Below are positions 13,547 to 28,700 of a stretch of DNA of 64,000 nucleotides, in pieces. Position 1 is the first letter of the stretch. Each line of letters begins with the position of its first letter. A program made the translations under genes and the position numbers. Origin of the DNA: Eledone cirrhosa. Lineage: Eukaryota. Location of the stretch: positions 99,448,001 through 99,512,000 of the forward strand of contig OZ024742.1 in assembly GCA_964016885.1 (NCBI GenBank), in the 5' to 3' direction. Below the pieces are notes generated by a model that saw nothing but the letters and a program-made list of their open reading frames with translations, had not been told where the DNA came from and made no database searches.

Positions 13547-13806
13547 TTTCTTTATTAACCACAAGGGTTTACATAAAGTAGACATTAAGGACAGTGCAGG
13601 ACAATGCAGGACGGTACAAATGGGCATTTCTGCGTGTAAAAAAACAAAAACAGAGGATGTAACAAAAATAACAATGAAAATAACAATGAAAAATTCCCCA
13701 ATAGGGGGGAGACTTCGGAGGGACATTTGTGGAGAAAGCCCAGTAAAAAGCCACAATGACCCTGACCACCAAGGCAAGTGCCCTCTCCCAGTTTTCCACC
13801 TTTAGT

Positions 13807-16800
13807 TTACAGATATATACTCAGAGTCGGCCCATTCACTCGGGCCATTCTTGCTTCTCTCACCCATCTTTCAACAAAATGCTGGGAAGAGAGCACTTCC
13901 CTCTCTACTCTGATTTTCCTTTTCAAATGAAATTTGAAAAAGTCAATCAGAGCATCACCGAAGAGGTAAGTGCTCGTCTTCAGCCCTTTCAAACGTGTCC
14001 ACCATACTATCTCTTTCGCCATGGCCACCAGACAGATAAAAACTGCCTGCCCTTCCCGGCTAAAGGAGGAGGGCGGGGCAATCCTCACGATGGACTCAGA
14101 TGATAGCTGGATCCGTCCTAAACGCGACAGCAGGTGTTCGACATAAACCCACAAGTCAGCAATTTTCGGACACTGGACGAGTGCGTGCAGGACGGTTTCG
14201 TCGCCCTGCGCGCATCTCGGACATGCCCGGCTGACGGCACCTCCATGCCTGTAGAGTTTATCCCGAACTGGCAAGGCTCCTCGGTAGCACTGCCAGGCCA
14301 GAGATTTCTGGAAGTTGTCCATAGGCCCCGGCCCGAAAGTTCTTCCGAAGAGATTGGCTAGTTGATTTTCGTCGACGCCTAGAGTTTCCCCAAGTACGTC
14401 GTCGCTCTTCCCCTCCACTAATCCTCTATAGAACGCCGAGGTGGAGTTTCCACCGATCACATTGCCCGATTGGTCGAGGGCTGTGAGCGCCTGAAGACAT
14501 TCCAGTCTCCAGGCGCTCCCTCTCGGTCTTCGCTTGACCCAGGACTGCAGCTCCGTCAAGGAAACGAGCTGGGGAAAAACGCGTCTAGCAAACGGCGACC
14601 ACACCTGATCACCGTCGAGGAAGAGGTGGAGATGTCGTAGCCTGAGCGCGTGCCTGCGCATCATCAGCCACGGCATGCCCAGCCCTCCACGTAGCGGGTG
14701 TTGACAACAGATGGACCGCCTGACCATCGGAGCACGTCCCTTCCACAAAAAGCGAAAGAGCAAACGCTCCAGCGCAGTCAGGCGAGGCTTAGGACAAGGT
14801 ACGACGGTTAGGCGGTAGCAGATGACAGACGCGATGTACGCGTTAGCCACCTCCGCTCGACCTTTCAGGGATAGCTTCCTCTCCGCCCATTTCTGGGTGA
14901 GAGAAGCCACCCTGCTCGTCACCTCGTCCCAGTTTTTGTCCGTCTGGAGGTCCGGACCGAACCAGACCCCTAGCAATTTAACCGGTCCGTCCGTCCAGCG
15001 CCCGACGACGCTGTTGGACGGCATGGACCTGCCTCTCCAGGTGCCGAGCTGCAGGCCCACTGACTTTTCCTGGTTGATCATTGCTCCTGTCACCGCTTCG
15101 TATTCTCTTAGTGTAGTGCCGATCGCCTCGATGTGTTTGGCGTTCGACACCACTACGGTGACATCGTCCGCATATGCTGACACGGATCTTCCGCATCCTA
15201 GTTCGCGCGGGACTCCCCTCAACGTCTCCAGTTTGTGCAGTAATGGCTCGAGAGTCAATACGTACAAGAGGGACGAGAGGGGACATCCTTGGCGGACCGA
15301 GCGCATGATGTTGAACGGTTCCGACAGGTGACCGTTCACTCTCACCACAGAGCAGATGTCGCTGTGCATGGCAGCGATCCAGCCTCTGAAGACGGGCCCA
15401 AAGCCAGCCGCCCTCAGGACTGCCGCTAGGTAACGATGGTCGACCCTATCGAAAGCTTTCGACTGATCTAAATTGATCAAGGACCCACCCGTGCCAGGTT
15501 CCCTAGCTACCCTCTCTACGATGTATCGCATGAGGTGGAGGTTGTCGTGGATGGATCTGTCGGGAATGGCGCATGTCTGCGCCTCTCCCACCAGACCACC
15601 AACGACAAGCGCCAACCTCTTTGCTAGCACCTTGGCCAAAATCTTAAACTCTGTGTTTAGCAGAGTTATGGGCCGGAAATTGTCTATGTTATCCCCCTTG
15701 TTCGGATCCTTTCTCAGCAGTGCCACCGCTCCTCGGCTCACAGAACTGGGAATTCTCCCGTTCTGTTGCCAGTTGCAGTAGACGTCCGCCAAGAGGCCTC
15801 CGAACAAGTCTGGCATCTGTACGTAAAGTTCATAGGGCAGACCATCCAAACCAGGCGATTTACCCCTTGTGCAGCCAGTCATTGCCTCCCTTACTTCAGC
15901 GGCTGTTATCGGCTTTTCGCAACACTTCGCCTCAGTGGCCGAGAGCCGCGGCAGTCCGTCGAGGTAGACACTAAAGTCCATCCCTCTACCCGGCCCCCCG
16001 CTGCCCCCGAACAGCTGAGCGAAGTGTCGCTGAAAAGCTTCACACATTTGCCCGGGATCGAGTAGCATGCGCCCGTCGTGGTCCACCAAAGACCGGATCG
16101 TGGCTTTGTTGCCACGACGCGCCTCCGCCACTCGGGCCCATTGAACGGCTTTCGTCCCCTCGTGTCTGAGAGCACGCACCCTAGCTCTGACAACGCAGCC
16201 TTCGTGCTTTGCATTGAAGAATTGGTCAAGGGCCAATTTCGCCGCAAGCACGTCGGTCGCAATGCCTTTGCTAAGCGCCTCGTCTAATTTTCTAACTAGT
16301 TCTCCCTCTGCTCTATTTTTCTCTATTGCTAAAGCCTTACTAAACCTAATCGATTCTATTCTAATCGCTCTTTTCAGAGCAAACCACCACTTGTTGTTGA
16401 CGATGGCCCCCGTCAACGCCCGCTTAACTAGTTCGCTAATCCGGTCTCTGTAGGCCTTGCGCGCTGGTAAGGACGCGTTTAGCTTCCAGTAGCCGGGTCC
16501 TCGTCTATGAAGCCTATCTAAGTCAAGCACACAGATCACGAATTTGTGGTCCGTGTAGCTGACTATCTTGAATTGTGGACAGCCTATGCTAGACCTATCT
16601 ATTTCCCTACAAAATACTCTATCTAGATATGATCTGGATGACCCTATGCGGTTTGTCCAAGTCCACATTGGCACATTCGGGAAATCCAATCGGTACCTGT
16701 CAGACAGTTCAAAACGCCTGAGCAGGTTGGTGAGGCTCTTGCACCCTCCACCCCTATCCGCTAATCCCACACAGTCCCAGCGTGCATCTAAGATCCCGTT

Positions 16801-17226
16801 CCAGTCGCCCACTAACACTAAAGAGCGCGACGTTCCAAGAAAGGTCTCCAGACGCCGGAAGAAATCAGGCCGCCCTGCTCCTGTCGGGGCATAGACGGCC
16901 ACTAGCCTGAAAGCTTGCCCGTCTCCGCTGGTCACGTCCAGCACCACCAGCTTACCCTCTGGGTCCAGGAAGATGGCCCGTATGGCGAGATCCAAACCTC
17001 TCCGAAAAAGCACAGCAACTCCTCCACCCGATCCAGGACGGCTGGGAGATGCGTACACATCGTAGCCGCCGAAGATCGGTGCGAAGGCCCGTGCTTCGGA
17101 GATTCTGGTCTCGCTGATGGCCACTACATCTATGTTTAGTGACCTGAGGTCGTTGAGCAGGTGACCCTGCTTCCATGACGACCCCAAGCCACGCGCATTT
17201 ATGCTGCCTATTCTGAGTGAGGTCAT
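13807..17226 (-). CDS. LINE ORF2: APE endonuclease, reverse transcriptase and C-terminal zinc finger (intact, 1139 aa)
   Basis: SINARG, SET, GDWN, LDR and TDH (APE); KSPGLDG, FRPITL, KAFDRV, QGCPLS and YADD (RT); CPRC...ETVLHALVQCP. Confidence 0.95.
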   Translation of the reverse strand: MTSLRIGSINARGLGSSWKQGHLLNDLRSLNIDVVAISETRISEARAFAPIFGGYDVYASPSRPGSGGGVAVLFRRGLDLAIRAIFLDPEGKLVVLDVTSGDGQAFRLVAVYAPTGAGRPDFFRRLETFLGTSRSLVLVGDWNGILDARWDCVGLADRGGGCKSLTNLLRRFELSDRYRLDFPNVPMWTWTNRIGSSRSYLDRVFCREIDRSSIGCPQFKIVSYTDHKFVICVLDLDRLHRRGPGYWKLNASLPARKAYRDRISELVKRALTGAIVNNKWWFALKRAIRIESIRFSKALAIEKNRAEGELVRKLDEALSKGIATDVLAAKLALDQFFNAKHEGCVVRARVRALRHEGTKAVQWARVAEARRGNKATIRSLVDHDGRMLLDPGQMCEAFQRHFAQLFGGSGGPGRGMDFSVYLDGLPRLSATEAKCCEKPITAAEVREAMTGCTRGKSPGLDGLPYELYVQMPDLFGGLLADVYCNWQQNGRIPSSVSRGAVALLRKDPNKGDNIDNFRPITLLNTEFKILAKVLAKRLALVVGGLVGEAQTCAIPDRSIHDNLHLMRYIVERVAREPGTGGSLINLDQSKAFDRVDHRYLAAVLRAAGFGPVFRGWIAAMHSDICSVVRVNGHLSEPFNIMRSVRQGCPLSSLLYVLTLEPLLHKLETLRGVPRELGCGRSVSAYADDVTVVVSNAKHIEAIGTTLREYEAVTGAMINQEKSVGLQLGTWRGRSMPSNSVVGRWTDGPVKLLGVWFGPDLQTDKNWDEVTSRVASLTQKWAERKLSLKGRAEVANAYIASVICYRLTVVPCPKPRLTALERLLFRFLWKGRAPMVRRSICCQHPLRGGLGMPWLMMRRHALRLRHLHLFLDGDQVWSPFARRVFPQLVSLTELQSWVKRRPRGSAWRLECLQALTALDQSGNVIGGNSTSAFYRGLVEGKSDDVLGETLGVDENQLANLFGRTFGPGPMDNFQKSLAWQCYRGALPVRDKLYRHGGAVSRACPRCAQGDETVLHALVQCPKIADLWVYVEHLLSRLGRIQLSSESIVRIAPPSSFSREGQAVFICLVAMAKEIVWWTRLKGLKTSTYLFGDALIDFFKFHLKRKIRVEREVLSSQHFVERWVREARMARVNGPTLSIYL

Positions 17227-17261
17227 GTTTAAAATAGAGTGGAAAAGATGGGAAAGACCAC

Positions 17262-19377
17262 TTACCGTATTTTTGGTAGAGGAGGGATGGTTTTTACATC
17301 CCTTTTCACTTGATCGTCTGGTGAAGGGACCGTTGAATCGTCCCTTCGGCTGGTCGTCGGCTCTTCTAAGAGAATGTCTGAATATACTCTTCGATTAATG
17401 GTTCCTCCTAGGTCCCTGAAATCACCAACTGCGTTGGGGAATTTCGTTTTAATGTTTGTGTATTGTTTCTGTGCTATTTTTAGCAGTCTTATGTTAGTTG
17501 GCGTTTTGATTGGTGCTGGTATTATGTAGTCCTGTTGTGAAATGTCTGTGTGTTCAATTATGTAAGTCATTAGTTTCTTGTTGTGTGTGTTTATTGCCGT
17601 GCATTTGTTTTTCTGGGGGTGGGGTGTGGTTCTGCTATTTTCTTGTCGTTGTTGCTGGGTGTGTGTGTTTTGTTGTTGTGTTTGCGATGTTGGTGCTTGT
17701 GGTGGTGGTGTTGAAGGTGTTGTTGGCGGTGGGGTTGTCGCCGGAGGTGATGGTGGTGCTGGTGTGGGTGGTGATGGTGTTGGTGGTGTTGCTGCTGTGG
17801 GTCTCTTTGCAGTAGACTTTACCCTTTTCTCATTTCTTTCCTCCCTTTTCAAAGGCGACGATGCGCTGCTTCTGCGTTTGTGCCTTCTTGAGACCTTTTG
17901 CCATCCCTCTCCCACCTCACACTCCATGTCTGATTCTGTAAGGTCGGGGAGGGGTACCAGCTCCACTCTTTCACTTGTTGTTGTTGGTGATGTTTGCACT
18001 GGAGTCTCTGTTGCAGCTGCATTTGGTATTGCTGTTGTTGTTGTTAATATTTCCACTGCTGCTGCTGTCTTTGATTTCCGTGGAGTGGGTATGGGTGCCA
18101 CGGACCTATCGTTCCTGGTTGCCGCTTGTCCTGTTGCTGGTAGCCGTGGAACCGGATTCGGGAGGAGGGGGGTTTTCTCCTTTCTCAGGGTCTTCTCGTT
18201 GCAGAAGGCCCTGAGGTGAGTCTTCGATCCACAGCGAAAGCATTTCGGGCGTTTGCCCTCAACACTTATGGGCAGTTGAGTGCCGTTATCGAAGTCTATC
18301 ACATCCGGGATAGCTTCGATGCACTCCTGGTTGGTTTGGATTAGCATCTCAATGGAGGAGCCGACCCAATCTTCTCTTACTTTTTTCTGTACTTGCAGTA
18401 CAGTTGTTTTGTCCTCGATTCCGACGAGGACAGACGCGGCCAGCCAAGAAGGGGTCATTCCGGGGGGGACGTGGGTCAGTTTGACCCTCACAATTTTTTG
18501 CCCGCAGTAGGAGGGCACCAACACCATTTCCTCGCTCCTTAGGGTCACTACTGATTGGGCCTTTGCCTCCTGGGGTGTGGCAAAAAGTACGTCTACGGTG
18601 GCGTATTTTTTGCCTCGGGTGATGTGCGTTTTCCTCTGCCACACAGACCCCAAGGCTTTTTGTATTTGGGCCTCTGTGGCTCTTTCCACCCTACGGGATT
18701 TTGTACTTACTGTACGGTACGTGACCGTACAGTGCTCTTGGGTTTCGAAAAAATTTTTTTTTTTTTTTTTTTTTCGCTGCCTTGCAGATTGCTCGGTGTC
18801 CGTTCTTTGTCACCATCTTCTTCGCTTCCTCTAATTCCTCATTTGTTATGAGGATTGTTTCCAGGTTTTTCGCAATACCTGCAAATGAGATTGGTTTTTC
18901 TCTGCTGTTGTTGTTGTCGTCAGAGCTGCTGGTACTTTTGTTGTTGCTGCAGGTACTACGACTACTGCCTCCGCCGCTGTTGCTGTGGTTGTTGTTGGTG
19001 TTGCTGCTGCTAATGCTGTTGTTGTTTATGCTGCTGGTGATGCTGTTGCGGCTGCTACTGTTGTTTTCATTGTCACTGTTGCTGTTGTTATTACGGCTGC
19101 TACTGCTATTATTCCTGACGTCAGACGAATGAACTGGGTTTTCGTATTTCCCGCACACCTGTTTCGTCGCTGTCGTCGTCGTCGTGGAGAAACCTTGCAC
19201 GCTTTGCACGAGACTTTTCTTTTCTTTCGTCGCTTGCGAAAGAGAAGGTAGGGAGAGAGACACATTTAAAGAAGGGAGGGAGAGAGACAATCTTCTCTCT
19301 CCTGTAGTGATGATTGAGGAAGAAGAAGACGGAATGAGTGGGAGTGACGTATGAAATTTTTTTTTTTTGGTAGCCAT
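17262..19377 (-). CDS. LINE ORF1 with CCHC zinc knuckle, interrupted by one homopolymer frameshift near 18750-18775
   Basis: ATG at 19377 (MATKK), Ser/Asn-rich N-terminus, CFRCGSKTHLRAFC knuckle and Pro/Thr-rich tail. Copy 2 reads through this site (KAAEKSFE). Confidence 0.8.
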
Positions 19378-19590
19378 GTTGTTTTGTTTAAAATGAAATT
19401 TTGGGTACAAAACCCCAATAACTGGCTATTTAACCCCGAAGGGCCAAATAACGGACAGAAAGACCCCTCTCACGAGGAGGAGGGTGTCTTTATCAACAAT
19501 TTGGTTCAAGTTTTAAACAATTTACAATTGTTTTAACGGTTAAAAATTACTATACCTTACAGAGCCGAGCCTCCGTCAACCATGGCATTC

Positions 19591-23933
<4,343 letters not shown>

Positions 23934-23945
23934 GTTGTTGTTATT

Positions 23946-25699
23946 CCTTGAATCTCAGTCATTGATGTTGGTTAACTGGAAAGTCCGTTGGATTGAATAT
24001 CAAGCCACTACCTGCAGCCTCAGATATTCAGGACGTATCGGAGGGTTCTTGCTGTTTCAAGCAAGCATGCCTTTTGAAGCGTTCCAAAAAGCGTGAAGGG
24101 GCCGATTTTCTTTAACCATCCCTGGAAACTTTTGGAGATAGTCCCCAGTGCGCCTATGACAATCGGGATCACTTTGACTTCATGGCAGTTCCAAATCCTT
24201 TTCACCTCCCACTTTAGGTCCTGGTATCGGTTAATTTTCTCCCTCTCCTTCTCTTGCACTCTCGTGTCGAACGGGCAGGCCACATCCACAATCAGGCACG
24301 ATCTTTTTTCTTTGTCCACAACCACCAGGTCAGGTCTATTGTGTTCCAGTTTTTTGTCCGTCTGTATCCTAAAATCCCACAGCACCTTCACCTGATTGTT
24401 CTCCATCACCGCCTCTGGCCTATGCTCATACCATTTCTCAGAATGTGGTAAATTGTTTACTTTGCACAGGTGCCAGTGGATCACCCTGCCCATCACATCG
24501 TGTCTCCAGCCCTTATAGTGGGTCTGGGCTAGGTGTTTACACTCGGACACAATGTGAGCCACAGTCTCCTCTCTCTCTCCACAGATCCTGCACAGTGGGC
24601 TAGCCTCCTCCTTGTAGATATGGTGCTTCAACCACTTCGTTTTGAGGGCCTGCTCCTGCGCAGCCATTAGCATTCCTTCTGTAGCCTTTTTGAGGTCTCC
24701 TCTTCTCAACCAGTTCCATGTCTGTGGATCTCTAAATTCAGTTTTCTCAAAGAAGGTACTATGAAGGGATTTTCCCTTAAGGCTGCTCTTCCTCCTTGAT
24801 GTTATTTCCTCCTTGGACATCCCCTGGCCTACTGTCCCCTCCTTCAGTACAGTTCTGAGCATTGGCTCCTTACTATAGGTCACGTATTTGTATAGGTTGT
24901 TTTTCTCCATCTGAACACAGTCCTCTATGCTGATAAGACCTCTTCCACCCTCAGATCTCCTTAGGTAGAGTCTATCGACATCACTCCTCTTGTGGAACAT
25001 GTTGTAGATAGTCAATAGCTTCCTAGTCTTCCTATCCATTTCTTTTTGTTCAGCAACATTCCATCTCAGAATTCCTGCACTGTACCTGATAATAGACACA
25101 GCTCGGGAATTTACTGCGCTTATGGCAATTCTGCTGTTCAGATGTGACTTCAATACGCTCCTTACTCTCCGAATGTATTCAGTTCTTAACAATTCCTTCA
25201 TTTTTTTGTTCTTTATGCCATCAGCCTCCAGAACGCCCAAATACTTGTATCCTTCCTCAGAGTCAATGTCCTTTATCATCTCACCTGTTGGTATATGGAT
25301 CCCGTTACTTCTGCTCAACCTACCCCTCTTCATCACAATGACTCCACATTTACCAATACCAAACTGCATACATATATCACTGCTGAAAATACGGACAGTG
25401 TCAACAAGCACATCCAACTCCTTCTCACTTTTCCCGAAGAGCTTAAGATCGTCCATGAAGAGGAGGTGATTGATGGTAAGCTCTCCCCTTCCCAACTTGT
25501 ATCCTGCTCTCACTTTTCGCAGCATAATGGTCAAGGGCATCAGGGTAAGGACAAACAACAGAGGGGACAGGCTATCTCCCTGGAAGATACCTCTCTTGAT
25601 CTTCACGCTTCCCAAGGATGCTCCAGTTGATGTCAACTCTGTCTCCCAGGACCCCATACTCCTGCCTAGCAACTGTCTGATGTTATCTGCCACCCTGAA
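23946..25699 (-). mobile_element. Second, 5'-truncated copy of the same Dong-like element (ORF remnant 24020-25693)
   Basis: Nearly identical to 20457-22210, with the same 3' end; flanked by TAA repeats. Confidence 0.92.
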
Positions 25700-25755
25700 T
25701 TATTATTATTATTATTATTATTATTATCATTATTATTATTATTATTATTATTATT

Positions 25756-28700
25756 GAATGCTATGGTTGACGGAGGTTCGGCTCTGTAAGGTATTGTACA
25801 TTTTGACCGGTATAACAATTGTAAATTGTTTAAAACTTTAACCAACTTGTAGACAAAAACACCCTCCTCCTCGTGAGAGGGGTCTTTCTGCCCGTTATTT
25901 GGCCCTTCGGGGTTAAATAACGGCTTATTTGGGTTTTGTGCCCAATATTTATTTTAAACAAAAAAAACAACATGGCTACGAAAAAGAATTTTCATAGGTC
26001 ACTCCCACTCAATCCGTCTTCTTCTTCCTCAATCGTCACTACAGCAGAGAGAAGATTGTCTCTCTCCCTCCCTTCTCTAAATGTGTCTCTCTCCCTCCCT
26101 TCTCTTTCGCAAGCGACGCCAGAAAAGAAAAATCACGTGCAAAGCCTGCAAGATTTCTCCACGACGACGACAACGACGAAAAAGGTGTGCGGGAAATACG
26201 AAAACCCATTTCATTCGTCTGACGTCAGGAATAATAGCAGTAGCAGCCGTAATAACAGCAGCAGCAGCAACAGTGACAAGGAAAACAGCAGTAGCAGCCG
26301 CAACAGCATCATCAGCAGCATAAACAACAACAGCATTAGCAGCAACAGCAACAACAGCAGCAGCAGCAGCAGCAGCAACAACAACAACAGCAGCAAAGAA
26401 AAACCAATCTCGTTTGCAGGTATCGCAAAGAACCTGGAAACCATCCTCATAACAAATGAGGAATTAGAGGAAGCGAAGAAGATGGTGACAAAAACTGGAC
26501 ACCAAGCAATCTGCAAGGCAGCGGAAAAATCTTTCGAAACCCAACAGCATTCTACGGTCACGTACCGTACAGTAAGTACAAAATCCCGTAGGGTTGAAAG
26601 AGCCACAGAGGCTCAAATACAAAAAGCCTTGGGGTCTGTGTGGCAGCGGAAAACGCACATCACCCGAGGCAAGAAATATGCCACCGTAGACGTACTTTTT
26701 GCAACACTCCAGGAGGCCAAGGCTCAATCCTTAGTGACCCTAAGGAGCGAGGAAATGGTGTTGGTGCCCTCCTACTGCGGGCAAAAGATTGTGAGGGTCA
26801 AACTGACCCCGCCCCCCCCGGGATGTCCCCTTCTTGGCTGGCCGCGTCTGTCCTCGTCGGAATCGAGGACAAAACAACTGTACTGCAAGTACAGAAAAAA
26901 AGTAAGAGAAGATTGGGTCGGCACCTCCATTGAGATGTTAATCCAAACCAACCAGGAGTGTATTGAAGCTATCCCGGATGTGATAGACTTCGATAACGGC
27001 ACTCAACTGCCCATAAGTGTTGAGGGCAAACGCCCGAAATGCTTTCGCTGTGGATCGAAGACTCACCTCAGGGCCTTCTGCAACGACAAGACTCTGAGAA
27101 AGGAGAAAACCCCCCTCCTTCCGATACCGGCTCCACGGCTACCAGCAACAGGACAAGCGGCAACCAGGAACGATAGGTCCGTGGCACCCATACCCACGCC
27201 ATGGAAATCAAAAACAGCAGCAGCAGTGGAAGTATTAACAACAACAACAGCAATACCAACTGCAGCTGCAACAGAGACTCCAGTGCAAACATCACCAACA
27301 ACAACAAGTGAAAGAGTGGAGCTAGTACCCCTCCCCGACCTCAAAGAATCAGACATGGAGTGTGAGGTGGGAGAGGGATGGCAAAAGGTCGTAAGAAGGC
27401 ACAAACGCAGAAGCAGCGCATCGTCGCCTTTGAAAAGGGAGGAAAGAAATGAAAAAAGGGTAAAGGCTACTGCAAAGAGACTCACAGCAGCAACACCACC
27501 AACACCATCACCACCCACACTAGCACCACCATCACCAGCGGCGACAACCCCACCGCCAACAACACCTTCAACACCACCACCACAAGCACCAACATCGCAA
27601 ACACAACAACAAAACACACACACCCAGCAACAATGACAAGAAAATAGCAGAACCACCCCCCACCCCCAGAAAAACAAATGCACGGCAATAAATACACACA
27701 ACATGACTTACATAATTGAACACACAGACATTTCACAACACGACTACATAATACCAGCACCAATCAAAACGCCAACTAACATAAGACTGCTAAATATAGC
27801 ACAGAAACAAACACAAACATTAAAACGAAATTCCCCAACGCAGTTGGTGATTTCAGGAAGGGCACTCAACCGAAGAGTATATTCGGACATACTCATAGAC
27901 GAGCCGACGACCAGCCGAAGGGACGATTCAACGGTCCCTTCACCAGACGATCAAGTGAAAAGGGATGTAAAAACCATCCCTCCTCTACCAAAAGTACGGT
28001 AAGTGGTCTTTCCCATCTTTTCCACTCTATTTTAAACATGACCTCACTCAGAATAGGCAGCATAAATGCGCGTGGCTTGGGGTCGTCATGGAAGCAGGGT
28101 CACCTGCTCAACGACCTCAGGTCACTAAACATAGATGTAGTGGCCATCAGCGACACCAGAATCTCCGAAGCACGGGCCTTCGCACCGATCTTCGGCGGCT
28201 ACGATGTGTAAGCATCTCCCAGCCGTCCTGGATCGGGTGGAGGAGTTGCTGTGCTTTTTCGGAGAGGTTTGGATCTCGCCGTACGGGTCATCTTCCTGGA
28301 CCCAGAGGGTAAGTTGGTGGTGCTGGACGTGACCAGCGGAGACGGGCAAGCTTTCAGGCTAGTGGCCGTCTATGCCCCGACAGGAGAAGGGCGGCCTGAT
28401 TTATCCGGCGTCTGGAGAACTTTCTTGGAACGTCCCGCTATTTAGTGTTAGTGGGCGACTGGAACGGGATCTTAGATGCACGCTGGGACTGTGTGGGATT
28501 AGCGGATAGAGGTGGAGGGTGCAAGAGCCTCACCAACCTGCTCAGGCGTTTTGAACTGTCTGACAGGTACCGATTGGATTTCCCGAATGTGCCAATGTGG
28601 ACTTCGACAAATCGCGTAGGGTCATCCAGATCATATCTAGATAGAGTATTTTGTAGGGAAATAGATAGGTCTAGCATAGGCTGTCCACAATTCAAGATAG

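Larger units (their letters stand above)
13544..19590 (-). mobile_element. Full-length L1/Tx1-clade LINE, copy 1
   Basis: Two ORFs, a 5'UTR of about 210 bp, and a 3'UTR ending AATAAAgaaatca. Both ends abut (TTA)n on the element strand, and the termini match copy 2. Confidence 0.92.

Noticed and set aside
18745-18780. Programmed ribosomal frameshift in Tx1 ORF1
   Set aside because: Copy 2 is in frame with a short run, so a homopolymer expansion or sequencing error is the simpler explanation.
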